Source: Deltaproteobacteria bacterium
GTDB lineage: Bacteria; Desulfobacterota; Dissulfuribacteria; Dissulfuribacterales; DYLC01
DNA length: 64,000 bases
Direction of reading: 5' to 3'
NCBI GenBank assembly: GCA_028695735.1
Contig: JAQVIJ010000004.1
Location: 64,671 to 128,670, forward strand
In this document: positions 52,177 through 61,809 of the stretch, piece by piece
How the letters are laid out: each line of letters starts with the position of its first letter
Numbering within the stretch: position 1 is the first letter of the stretch
The notes under the pieces: generated by a model
What the model saw: the letters and a program-made list of their open reading frames with translations, nothing else
Database searches by the model: none
What the model was told of the DNA's origin: nothing
Made by a program: the position numbers and the translations under genes

Positions 52177-53571
52177 CTAAGATTTTTCCAATTCACAGGC
52201 GATGGTTTTCAACATATCGAGGAGGTTCTGCTGAGCCGTGCCGCCATAGGATGTGCGTGATGCAACGGAACCCGCGTAGGTGAGCAGGGGAAAGATATCC
52301 TCTTCTATGAGCGGATGATGCGTCTTGAGATCGGTCAGGGTCATTTCAGCCAGGTCTTTTTTGTTTTCGATGCACCAGGCCACGATTCTGCCCACCACTT
52401 CATGGGCCTCTCTAAATGGCAGGCCTTTCCGAGTCAGATAATCGGCCAGATCCGTCGCTGTCAACAGGCCGCGGGGTAGGGATTGCTGAATGTGTTCCGG
52501 CCTTGGCCGCATGTGTTCCACCATGGCTGCCATGACGGCCAGGGAGATGGTGACAGTGTCTATGGCATCGAAGAGGGCCTCTTTGTCCTCTTGAAGGTCG
52601 CGATTGTAGGTCATGGGCAGGCCCTTGAGAATGGTGAGCATGGCCATTAGATGGCCGAATACTCGACCGCTTTTGCCCCTGGTGAGCTCACAGACATCCG
52701 GGTTCTTCTTTTGGGGCATGATGCTGGAGCCCGTACAGAAGCCGTCCGGCAGCTCCACAAAGCCGAATTCACTGCTGTTCCAAAGGATGATATCCTCGGA
52801 AAGCCTGCTCAGATGCACCATGATCAGGCTGGCTGCCCCTAAAAATTCTACGATGAAGTCCCTGTCCGAGACGGCATCCATACTGTTGCGGCTGACGGCC
52901 TCAAATCCCAGTTGTTCGGCTACGAAATGGCGGTCAATGGGAAAGCCGGTGCCGGCCAAGGCCGCACTGCCGAGGGGCAGGATATTTACCCGTTTTCTCA
53001 CATCTGCCAGCCGCTCCCTGTCGCGTTTGAACATCTCGTAATACGCCAACATGTGGTGACCCCAGAGCACAGGTTGTGCCGGCTGAAGGTGTGTGTAGCC
53101 GGGCATGATGAGATTGGGGTATCTCTCCGCCTGATGGTACAGGCTGCGCTGCATGTCCGTCAGCAGAGCAGATATGCGGTCTATTTCGTCGCGCAGATAC
53201 ATTCGAACATCCGTGGCCACCTGATCGTTTCTGCTGCGGGCTGTGTGCAGGCGTTTGCCAGGCTCTCCTATGCGGTTGGCCAGCTCCCTTTCTATGTTCA
53301 TGTGGACATCTTCCAGGGACTGTTTCCATTCAAAATTATTTTGCTCAATGTCATGCAGAATGGAGGTGAGGCCTTGAAGAATGGCATTCATCTCTGATTC
53401 TTTTAGAATGCCGACCCTGGCCAGCATACGGGCATGGGCAATACTGCCCTGAATGTCGTGCCTGTAAAGCCTGTTGTCGAATTCCACAGAGGATGTGAAA
53501 CGTTCTACAATGGGCGCGGTCTGTTCCTTGAACCTGCCGCCCCATGGTTTTTTTGTGCTGTTTGAGGACAT
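52177..53571 (-). CDS. argH: Argininosuccinate lyase
   Basis: Start set at ATG 53571 (MSSNSTKKPWGGRF..), preceded by aaggag. Fumarate-lyase signature GSSIMPQKKNPD. Confidence 0.9.
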   Translation of the reverse strand: MSSNSTKKPWGGRFKEQTAPIVERFTSSVEFDNRLYRHDIQGSIAHARMLARVGILKESEMNAILQGLTSILHDIEQNNFEWKQSLEDVHMNIERELANRIGEPGKRLHTARSRNDQVATDVRMYLRDEIDRISALLTDMQRSLYHQAERYPNLIMPGYTHLQPAQPVLWGHHMLAYYEMFKRDRERLADVRKRVNILPLGSAALAGTGFPIDRHFVAEQLGFEAVSRNSMDAVSDRDFIVEFLGAASLIMVHLSRLSEDIILWNSSEFGFVELPDGFCTGSSIMPQKKNPDVCELTRGKSGRVFGHLMAMLTILKGLPMTYNRDLQEDKEALFDAIDTVTISLAVMAAMVEHMRPRPEHIQQSLPRGLLTATDLADYLTRKGLPFREAHEVVGRIVAWCIENKKDLAEMTLTDLKTHHPLIEEDIFPLLTYAGSVASRTSYGGTAQQNLLDMLKTIACELEKS

Positions 53572-53735
53572 AAAATGGACTCCTTTCAACATTCCTACTC
53601 CCTGCCTGCCTATAGGTCGCACGCAGACAGGTATATGAGCATTTTCGCCCCTGTCTGCGTGCCCGTCTGCGTGCAACGCACAGGCAGGGACGGGCAACGC
53701 AGTTGTGAGCGAAAAGGCAATTTTTCGAGGTTCAC

Positions 53736-54434
53736 TCAACTAAGCAGCGCCCGCAGCCCCCAGATGCTGAGGCCTTTTTCGTGTATGCCGGTTATGATGC
53801 GGGGCAGGTGCGTTTCGATGTCGTCCGGAGTCGCCCTGTCTGCCCTGCATAGAACGATATCCCCCGGCCTTATGCGCCGAAGCAGGGAGGATGTCTTTTG
53901 CAGGGCGTCGGCATTCACGGTGGACGGCATTTCAAAGGATATGGAGGGGTTGATTACGATAAGTCCCAACTCATCAGCGGTATTCAGCAGCCCGATGCCC
54001 TTGAAACCCATGGGCGGCAGAAGAAAGCGGGCCCGGTGCCCCTGCAGGTCATTGGCCAGATGGAGCGTGGGAAGAATGCGTTTTCGAAGCTCGGTCCGGT
54101 TTTTCAGCAGCAGTGGGCTGTAATCCTCGCCGTGTATGCCCAGTTCAAAGCCCAGAAGGGGGATGACCGCCCTGGTATTGGCACGGGTGAGCCGTCCTTC
54201 CAGAAAGAAGGTGGCCGGTGTGCCTGACCGCCTCAAAATGGAGGCGAGCTGTCTGGTGTTTTCATTGGGCGCCCTGTCGAAGATCAGGCTGACCGCATCC
54301 CTGGTCCTTTTGCCGTGGTTGATGACGCGGCCGAACAGAGTGGCTTGGGGGCAGAGGGTCTCGTATAGGGCGAAGGCGGCCATGCCGGTGCCGGCAGCCA
54401 GAAGGAGTTTTGCCGGAAATGAAAGTTTTGTCAT
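53736..54434 (-). CDS. Polysaccharide deacetylase (NodB)-family-like protein, divergent
   Basis: N-terminal hydrophobic segment, ..SLIFDRAPNENTRQLASILRRSGTPATFFLEG.. and ..GFELGIHGEDY... The canonical TFDD and HxxxH motifs are degenerate. Confidence 0.55.
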   Translation of the reverse strand: MTKLSFPAKLLLAAGTGMAAFALYETLCPQATLFGRVINHGKRTRDAVSLIFDRAPNENTRQLASILRRSGTPATFFLEGRLTRANTRAVIPLLGFELGIHGEDYSPLLLKNRTELRKRILPTLHLANDLQGHRARFLLPPMGFKGIGLLNTADELGLIVINPSISFEMPSTVNADALQKTSSLLRRIRPGDIVLCRADRATPDDIETHLPRIITGIHEKGLSIWGLRALLS

Positions 54435-55399
54435 CTTTTTCTCTCCGCTACAAAGTTGGCGATGCGAGTGAGTTGCTGCCGGATGGGACTGTCTTCAAAG
54501 ATACCGAGCCCTTCTACGGCCTTTTGAATGAATTCATGCGCCTTGTTCATGGTGTATGCCAAGGCGCCGCTCTCCTGAATGATTTTTTGAATGCGTAGCA
54601 GGCTGTCGGTGGAAAGGTCTTTTTGAGCCAGCGTTGAGATCAGCCAGGTCTTGTCATCGGCATTCGCCATTTGCAGTGCGGCGGCCAAAGGCAGTGTGAG
54701 TTTGCCCTCACTCAGGTCTGTCCCAATGCCCTTGCCCGCTTCTTTTGGGTCTGCGGTGTAGTCCAGGGCGTCGTCGATGATCTGAAATGCGATGCCGAGA
54801 AAATGACCGTAGTTCCGTGCTGCTGCAACCTGTGTCGAAGCAGCGTCGGCCAGCAGGGCGCCTATTTTACATGAGGCGGCTATGAGAGATGCTGTCTTGT
54901 ATTCCACTATCTGCAGATAGGCATCTTCGTCGAAGGAGGTGTTTCCGATGCGCTGAAGCTGAAGTATCTCTCCTTCCGCCATGCGGGCCACTGTTTCTGA
55001 AATGGCCTGGGCAATGGTGACCCTCCCAAAACTGCTGGCCAGATGAATGGCGCGGGCATAGAGAAAATCACCGGCCAGGATGGTGGCCTTGTTCCCCCAT
55101 ATCCTGTATGCAGCGGGTTTCCCGCGTCTGAATTCTCCGCCGTCTATGACATCGTCATGCAGGAGGCTGGCTGCGTGCAGGTATTCGGGTGTGACGGACA
55201 GGTCGTAGAGCTCCTGAGTGTCAAGGCCGCAGAGCCTGCCGAACAGTACGGTCAGCAATGGACGTATGCGTTTACCTCCAGCGAACAGGATGTGCCCGCA
55301 GATATCGTTCACCAGGGGCAGATGGGATTGGAAGTGCCTTGTCATGGCATCCGCTATGCGATTAAATTCAATGTCGAATTGTGATAATATGTCGGCCAT
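54431..55399 (-). CDS. Polyprenyl diphosphate synthase (IspB-like, chain length unknown)
   Basis: Start set at ATG 55399 (MADILSQF..). First DDxxD box is LLHDDVIDGG and the second is FQIIDDALDY. Confidence 0.85.
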   Translation of the reverse strand: MADILSQFDIEFNRIADAMTRHFQSHLPLVNDICGHILFAGGKRIRPLLTVLFGRLCGLDTQELYDLSVTPEYLHAASLLHDDVIDGGEFRRGKPAAYRIWGNKATILAGDFLYARAIHLASSFGRVTIAQAISETVARMAEGEILQLQRIGNTSFDEDAYLQIVEYKTASLIAASCKIGALLADAASTQVAAARNYGHFLGIAFQIIDDALDYTADPKEAGKGIGTDLSEGKLTLPLAAALQMANADDKTWLISTLAQKDLSTDSLLRIQKIIQESGALAYTMNKAHEFIQKAVEGLGIFEDSPIRQQLTRIANFVAERKR

Positions 55400-55478
55400 G
55401 TTTTTAAAACCGGACTTTATGGATTTAGATTCTTTATGAAATACCATAACCGAGGCAAAAAGGCTATAATTTAGAGAT

Positions 55479-58187
55479 ATGATGCAGGAAGATGCCGCAC
55501 AGAATAGCCGTTTGACCCCCATGTTGAGGCAGTTCAGGGAAGTAAAGGCGCAATACCCTGATGCCATCGTTTTTTTCCGCATGGGAGATTTTTTTGAGAT
55601 GTTCTTTCAGGATGCGGAAGAGGCCGCCAGTATCCTGGAGATCACCCTGACCTCACGGGACAAAAACAAGGAAAACGCCGTGCCCATGTGCGGTGTGCCC
55701 GTTGCCGCGGCAGATGCCTATTTGGCCAAACTGGTGCAGGCAGGCAGGCGTGTTGCGGTATGCGACCAGGTGGAGGACCCCCGAACAGCCAAGGGGCTTG
55801 TGCGCAGGGAGGTGGTGCGGGTGGTCAGCCCAGGTCTGGTGACCGCCGATACATGTCTTTCCGCCAAGGAGAACAATTTTATAGCAGCGGTTTCCCAGGG
55901 GCCTATGGGTCAGCCCTTCGGCCTGGCATTTCTGGATCTGTCCACGGGTGAATTCCGTATAGCCGAGCTGAAGGAATCCCAGGCCTTGCTTGCCGAGATA
56001 TTTCGTATAGAGCCCTCCGAACTGCTGCTGCCCATGTTCTTGAAGGGTTCTCAGGTGGTGCTGTCCATTCAACAGGTCTTGCCTCGAGTCTTTCTGAGTT
56101 TTCGGCCTGATGAATTTTTCGATGTAAAACGCGGGCTAAAGGAGATATTGTCTCATTTCCGCATAGTTGATCTTCAGGGGCTTGGACTTCAGGGGATGAG
56201 GGAAGGTGTCGGGGCGGGGGCAGGCCTTCTGGCCTATGTCATGGAGACACAGAAGGGCCTTGCAGACCATCTGAAGCCCCCTGTCCTGCACAGTGTGCAC
56301 AATTTTTTATTCATAGACGAGGCTGCAAAGCGCAATCTGGAACTGGTGCGCAATTGCCTGGATGGAGGCAGGTCAGGCACGCTTCTCGATGTGTTGGACA
56401 AGACCATGACCCCCATGGGAGGCAGGCTTCTGAGACAGTGGGTGCTCTATCCGTTGCAGGAGATCAAGGCCATTGAGGCCAGATCTCATGCGATTTCTAC
56501 GCTTAGGGAACACAGCGCCATCCTCGATGATCTGCGGAGGTTATTGAAGGGCGTTTACGACCTGGAACGCCTGATGTCCAGAATCTCTATGGCGACTGCC
56601 GGCGGCCGGGACCTGCTTGCCTTCAAACAGTCCATAGGCATTCTGCCGGAGCTGAAGTCATTGGTACATTCGCTGAGGGAGAAGGCGTCAAATCCGTCTA
56701 TCTTCCAGCAGATACTGTGCTCAGTGCATGATGTGTCACATCTTTTTGAGCTGTTGGAGAAGGGGATAAGAGAGGACTGCCCTGCAACCCTTCGGGATGG
56801 CGGCGTGATAAAAGACGGTTATAGCCCGGAATTGGACGAACTCTTTTCCATTCAGCGGAATGCAAGGGGGCTTTTGGCTGAATTGGAGCGTGCGGAACGG
56901 GAACGCACCGGTATTTCTGCGCTTAAAGTGGGCTACAATCGGGTTTTCGGCTACTATATCGAGGTCTCCAGGGCCAATTCTTCCAGGATACCGGCTGATT
57001 ATCAGCGCAAGCAGACACTGGTGAACGGTGAAAGATATATCACTCAGGAGCTCAAGGGGCTTGAGGACAGGATACTTGGGGCTGAGGAGCGCCGGCTGGA
57101 ACTGGAGACAGCGCTCTTTGAGGAGATTCGCATGCGTATAGCCGCTGACACTCAAAAGATATTGGAGATCGCTTCGGCGGTGGCTGTCCTGGATTGTCTG
57201 TGTTCGCTGGCGCGCGTGGCCGAGGACAATGGCTATATCTGCCCTGTGGTGCGAGAGGGGCAGGCCATCGTAATAAGGGAAGGCAGACACCCTGTGGTGG
57301 AACAGTCCCTGCCGCAAGGTGCATTTGTGCCCAATGACCTGTCCATAGGCGCGGAAAACGCCAGAATGATACTGTTGACAGGGCCCAATATGGCGGGCAA
57401 GTCCACCGTGTTGCGTCAGACCGCCCTGCTTGCGCTGATGGCACAGATGGGGGGCCATGTGCCTGCAAGACAGGCCGAGTTCGGCGTGGTTGACCGCATT
57501 TTTTCTCGAGTCGGTGCCACTGATTATCTTTTTAGGGGCCAGAGCACTTTTATGGTTGAAATGATAGAGGCAGCCAATATATTGAACAATGCTACGGAGC
57601 GCAGTCTGGTTATCCTCGATGAAATCGGCAGAGGGACGAGCACCTACGATGGCTTGTCCATTGCGTGGGCCATGGCGGAATCCCTGCTCAATAAGGCTGG
57701 GAAAGGGGTCAAGACCCTGTTCGCCACGCATTATTATGAGATGACCGCCCTTGCGAACTGGTATGCCGGAGTGCAGAACTGGCATGTGGCCGTGGAGGAA
57801 TGGCAGGGCGAGATCGTGTTTCTGCATCGTTTGCAGGCAGGTCCGGCGCAACGCAGTTACGGCATTCAGGTGGCAGCCCTGGCTGGTGTGCCCAGGGATG
57901 TGATAGAACGGGCCATGGAGTTGTTGGATTGGCTGGAATCTGGTAAATCCAAAGAAAAAGCCCATATGCCCTGTCCTGTGACAGGTACTGGTTCAGCCCA
58001 GGCCCCTGCGGTTGTTCAGGGCAGGAAAAGAAGCGGGCAGAAAAGAAGTCCGATAGGTGTTCAGGCGGTGTTGCCGCTGGATGCAGGAGAGTTCTTGAAA
58101 AAGAGGCTGAGCGAAGTGGACATCAACCAGATCACCCCCATAGATGCCTTGAATCTTCTGGCTGAGTTGAAAAAACTGATGGATTGA
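55479..58187 (+). CDS. mutS: DNA mismatch repair protein MutS
   Basis: 902 aa. TPMLRQFREVKAQYPDAIVFFRMGDFFEMF, Walker A GPNMAGKST and DEIGRGTSTYDG. Confidence 0.95.
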   Translation: MMQEDAAQNSRLTPMLRQFREVKAQYPDAIVFFRMGDFFEMFFQDAEEAASILEITLTSRDKNKENAVPMCGVPVAAADAYLAKLVQAGRRVAVCDQVEDPRTAKGLVRREVVRVVSPGLVTADTCLSAKENNFIAAVSQGPMGQPFGLAFLDLSTGEFRIAELKESQALLAEIFRIEPSELLLPMFLKGSQVVLSIQQVLPRVFLSFRPDEFFDVKRGLKEILSHFRIVDLQGLGLQGMREGVGAGAGLLAYVMETQKGLADHLKPPVLHSVHNFLFIDEAAKRNLELVRNCLDGGRSGTLLDVLDKTMTPMGGRLLRQWVLYPLQEIKAIEARSHAISTLREHSAILDDLRRLLKGVYDLERLMSRISMATAGGRDLLAFKQSIGILPELKSLVHSLREKASNPSIFQQILCSVHDVSHLFELLEKGIREDCPATLRDGGVIKDGYSPELDELFSIQRNARGLLAELERAERERTGISALKVGYNRVFGYYIEVSRANSSRIPADYQRKQTLVNGERYITQELKGLEDRILGAEERRLELETALFEEIRMRIAADTQKILEIASAVAVLDCLCSLARVAEDNGYICPVVREGQAIVIREGRHPVVEQSLPQGAFVPNDLSIGAENARMILLTGPNMAGKSTVLRQTALLALMAQMGGHVPARQAEFGVVDRIFSRVGATDYLFRGQSTFMVEMIEAANILNNATERSLVILDEIGRGTSTYDGLSIAWAMAESLLNKAGKGVKTLFATHYYEMTALANWYAGVQNWHVAVEEWQGEIVFLHRLQAGPAQRSYGIQVAALAGVPRDVIERAMELLDWLESGKSKEKAHMPCPVTGTGSAQAPAVVQGRKRSGQKRSPIGVQAVLPLDAGEFLKKRLSEVDINQITPIDALNLLAELKKLMD

Positions 58188-60298
58188 AAGTGAAATACAG
58201 ATTTTTTAAATATATCACCCTGCTTGCTGTCCTGGGTCTTTTTTGTGCAGGGCCTTTGGTGTCTTCGAGCCTTGCGGCGTCGAAGTCCGTGGCCGGCGGC
58301 CATGCTGTATCGCAGCAAGGGTCCAAGACGCATACGCCTGCTGTGCAAGGCGGTCATTCTGCCGTTGCCTCCGATGCCAGGACTGCATATGCACAGGCAA
58401 AAAAACATTACGACTCCCTGAACAACGACTCGAAACTCCGCAAAAACAAGGCCGCATGGGAGGATGTCATTTCACAATTCAGAAAGGTTTATCTGACGTT
58501 TCCTGAAGATGCCGAGACAGCACCCAAGTCGCTCTGGATGCTGGGGAGGTGTTACGAGGAGATGTATGGGTGGACAGGTCAGAAATCGCTGCTGGACGAG
58601 GCCGTTACGCGCTACTCCACGCTGACAGAGAAATTCCCCGGCAATTTACTGGCGGATGACGCCCTGATGGCCGTCGCCAGGATCTATGTGCTTAAAGATG
58701 ACAAGGGCGGTGCCATAGATATCTGGCGTCGTGTTGTCATTGAGTATCCTGATGGAGACATGGTCAACCGGGCGAAGGAACAGCTGAAGGCCCATTCTGT
58801 TTCGCTGGATACGTTGCAAACCGGGGGTGCAAGGGCTAAAAATGCACCGCCGCTCGTCAGTGGCGGTGTTCAGGGCTCAGGGGAGAAGGCTGTAACCCCT
58901 GCGAATGTTGCCGATCGCATTCCTTCGGACGGGCCTGCGACGGATGCCGCAAGTACAGGTGTAGCCCAGCCGGCTTCGGGGGTGGCCGGAAGTACAAATG
59001 GAATAAAAGAGGTGGAGGATGTCAGATATTGGTCTGTCTCGGATTATACACGAGTGGTTATCGCCGCGAGCGGCCCTGTTTCATTCAAGGAGGGCTGGCT
59101 GCCTGGAGACGATGGCAAGGGGCTGCCGAGGCGTTTTTATCTGGATATCTCTCCTGCCCATAAGTCCAAAAAATTAAAGGACCTGACGGTCAAGACAGGT
59201 TTTTTGAAGGGTGTGCGAATCGGGCAATTTGATTCCAAAACCGTTCGCGTGGTCTGTGACCTGGGCAGCTGCAACGATGTCAAGGCATTTTATCTGGAGG
59301 ACCCGTTTCGAGTCATCATAGATGCCTTTGGGGATAGCTACAAGACGCCGAGACCTTGTGTGATACCTGCTGCAAAGGAAAAGGCTGCTGAGGCCAGGTC
59401 ACTCGACCGGTTGCCTGCTCCAAAGATGGAGACTGCCCAGCAACCCATGGTCTCCCGGGAAGAAGGGCCGGAAAAACACGCAAAGGAGGTCAGGGAAGAT
59501 GTAATCCCTCAAAAGGGGCATGTCCCTGAGCCTCATGAAGAGCAGTTGGCTGCCAGGAATCAAAAGATGGCCATGCTGAAAGGCAAGCCCTCCCTGGCCA
59601 GACAGTTGGGTCTCTGTGTGCGGCGCATAGTGGTGGACCCCGGTCATGGCGGCAAGGACCCGGGCGCCATCGGGCCCAGTGGTCTCAAGGAAAAGGATGT
59701 GACCCTCAAGTTGGCCAAGAAGGTGGCGGCCCGTCTCAGGGAGGAACTGGGCGCCGAGGTCATTCTGACCAGGGACAGGGATGTCTTTGTGCCCCTGGAG
59801 CAGAGGACTGCCATTGCCAATGCACAGAAGGCGGATCTCTTCGTCTCCATTCATACAAATGCGGCGCCCTCCTCCAGACTGCGCGGCATCGAGACATACT
59901 ATCTGAATTTTGCAGTGGACGAACACGCCATGCGAGTGGCTGCGTTGGAAAACGCCAGCTCTTCCAGGCGCATGGGCGATCTTTCCGGTATCCTGAACCA
60001 GATATTGAAAAATACCAAGGTGGATGAGTCCTCCCGTTTGGCCAGGGCTGTACAGGACGCCCTGATCCAGTCTATTCGTGGAAATGGAGGAAAGGATCTG
60101 GGGGTCAAACAGGCGCCGTTTTTTGTGCTGATAGGCGCGAAAATGCCTTCTGTTTTGGTGGAAACCTCCTTTATCAGCAACGACGAAGAGGAAAAAATGC
60201 TCAAGGACAATGCGTATCTGGACCAACTCAGCAGTGGTATTGTGTCAGGACTCAGACATTATATGAAAGATATGGGCATGAATGCGGGTGGTGGTTAA
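58184..60298 (+). CDS. N-acetylmuramoyl-L-alanine amidase (AmiC-like) with N-terminal TPR/YbgF-like and AMIN domains
   Basis: Signal peptide, TPR-like region and AMIN-like VRYWSVSDYTRVVI..VRVVCDL. Amidase_3 core VVDPGHGGKDPGA..SIHTNA... The start is TTG 58184 or GTG 58190. Confidence 0.8.
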   Translation: MKVKYRFFKYITLLAVLGLFCAGPLVSSSLAASKSVAGGHAVSQQGSKTHTPAVQGGHSAVASDARTAYAQAKKHYDSLNNDSKLRKNKAAWEDVISQFRKVYLTFPEDAETAPKSLWMLGRCYEEMYGWTGQKSLLDEAVTRYSTLTEKFPGNLLADDALMAVARIYVLKDDKGGAIDIWRRVVIEYPDGDMVNRAKEQLKAHSVSLDTLQTGGARAKNAPPLVSGGVQGSGEKAVTPANVADRIPSDGPATDAASTGVAQPASGVAGSTNGIKEVEDVRYWSVSDYTRVVIAASGPVSFKEGWLPGDDGKGLPRRFYLDISPAHKSKKLKDLTVKTGFLKGVRIGQFDSKTVRVVCDLGSCNDVKAFYLEDPFRVIIDAFGDSYKTPRPCVIPAAKEKAAEARSLDRLPAPKMETAQQPMVSREEGPEKHAKEVREDVIPQKGHVPEPHEEQLAARNQKMAMLKGKPSLARQLGLCVRRIVVDPGHGGKDPGAIGPSGLKEKDVTLKLAKKVAARLREELGAEVILTRDRDVFVPLEQRTAIANAQKADLFVSIHTNAAPSSRLRGIETYYLNFAVDEHAMRVAALENASSSRRMGDLSGILNQILKNTKVDESSRLARAVQDALIQSIRGNGGKDLGVKQAPFFVLIGAKMPSVLVETSFISNDEEEKMLKDNAYLDQLSSGIVSGLRHYMKDMGMNAGGG

Positions 60299-60400
60299 AA
60301 TTCTCTTGATTTTTTTAAAAACGGTGCTTTAATTGCGCTTTAATCGTTCCATGGTGGAGCGATTTTATTTCATTGTATTTTAAACAAGGAGGCGTTTTTT

Positions 60401-60952
60401 ATGAATTCAGTCAAGACAAAATTGATCCTCGTGGGTCTGTTGACTGTTGGGATGGTTGTCGGTTCCATGTCTGGTTGTGCCAAGAAGCCTGTGGAGTCCA
60501 AACCGGCCGCTCCTACTGTGAGCGCAGCTCCGGCCCCACCGCCGCCAGCTCCAAGCAGGACAGATATGGGTGAGGGTATTCGTATGCCGGATGCCATTTC
60601 CGAGGGTAGAACCAGCGCACCCATGTTGCCAGTTTACTTCGATTTCGACAAGTACAATATCCGCCCGGATATGAAGGCCAGAATGCAGACAGATGCCAAG
60701 TTCCTGGCTGACAACCCGCAGGTGAGAATCGAGATTCAGGGCAATTGCGATGAGCGCGGCACCAACGAGTACAACCTGGGTCTGGGCGAGAGAAGGGCCA
60801 AGTCCGCCAAGGATTATCTCACCAAGATGGGCATTGCCCCCAACAGAATGGATGTGGTGAGCCTTGGTGAGGAGCAGCCGTTGGATCCCGGCCACAACGA
60901 GGCCGCATGGGCCAAGAACCGCCGTGACGACTTTGTAATCGTCAAGAAGTAA
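60401..60952 (+). CDS. pal: Peptidoglycan-associated lipoprotein Pal (OmpA family)
   Basis: Lipobox MSGC, then the OmpA_C pattern VYFDFDKYNIRPD..IQGNCDERGTNEYNLGLGERRA..NRRDDFVI. Confidence 0.85.
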   Translation: MNSVKTKLILVGLLTVGMVVGSMSGCAKKPVESKPAAPTVSAAPAPPPPAPSRTDMGEGIRMPDAISEGRTSAPMLPVYFDFDKYNIRPDMKARMQTDAKFLADNPQVRIEIQGNCDERGTNEYNLGLGERRAKSAKDYLTKMGIAPNRMDVVSLGEEQPLDPGHNEAAWAKNRRDDFVIVKK

Positions 60953-61068
60953 TTTCGGCTGTTCATGATATTTCCGGCATTCATGTGTATTGCCGGTAGC
61001 TATTTCTGAGAAGCGCCATGTGGTGCCAATACCTCCGTGGCGCTTTTCTTTCAAGAAGGGGTAAAAAT

Positions 61069-61638
61069 ATGAGGTTTTTCGCTTTATTGATGGGGGCATT
61101 GTTGTTTGCCGTTTCGTTTGGTGCTGTTTGTGAGACCCAGGCCGCTGACGGTCAGGCCAAGATCGCTGTTATAAATATGCGTAAGGTCGTCAGGCAGTCC
61201 AAGGCCGGCCAGAAGGCCACAGAGGAATTGAACAGAAAATTCGAAACGCTCCAACGGACATTGCAGACCAAACAGGATGCCATCAAGGCATTCAAGGATG
61301 ATGCAGAGAAAAAGGCCCCTCTTATGAGCGAAGAGGCGAAGGCAGACAAAGAGCGTGAGTACAGAAAGCTTCTGCGGGAGTTCAAAGAGCAGAGCGATGA
61401 CGCACAGTTCGAGATGCGTCAGGCCGAGGCAAAGATCATGGAGCCCATACTCAAGGTCCTGGAGAACATCATCAACCGTATCGGTGAGACCAATGGTTAC
61501 ACCATGATATTGGAGCACGATATGCCAGGCATGTATTATGTGGCGCCTACTGTGGATATAACCGATGCGGTTATCAAGGCCTATGACGAAGATGCTTCAA
61601 AGTCAAGCGGTGGCGCTCCGGCCCGGAGTGGTAAGTAG
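61069..61638 (+). CDS. skp: OmpH/Skp-family periplasmic chaperone
   Basis: Start at MRFFALLMGALLFAVSFGAV (signal peptide). KIAVINMRKVVRQSKAGQKA and a long charged coiled-coil region. Confidence 0.75.
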   Translation: MRFFALLMGALLFAVSFGAVCETQAADGQAKIAVINMRKVVRQSKAGQKATEELNRKFETLQRTLQTKQDAIKAFKDDAEKKAPLMSEEAKADKEREYRKLLREFKEQSDDAQFEMRQAEAKIMEPILKVLENIINRIGETNGYTMILEHDMPGMYYVAPTVDITDAVIKAYDEDASKSSGGAPARSGK

Positions 61639-61809
61639 CAAGACTTTTTGTCCTCTTTGTGTTTTGTTTTTCGCCCATAGGCAGGCTTGATTGCGCTTGC
61701 CCATGGGTTTTTTTATGGGGTTACCTGCTGGGATAATTTTTTGAAGGCGTTTTTGCGCCGCATGTTTTTGAAGGGCTGTCAAACAGATTTCTATTTTAAG
61801 GAGCAAGGC

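Noticed and set aside
53572-53739. 56-codon N-terminal extension of argH, and similarly 55400-55582 for the polyprenyl synthase.
   Set aside because: The conserved protein starts (MSSNSTKKPWGGRF, MADILSQF) sit further in, with an aaggag SD for argH. The argH extension also runs through a strongly palindromic region and overlaps the upstream gene.
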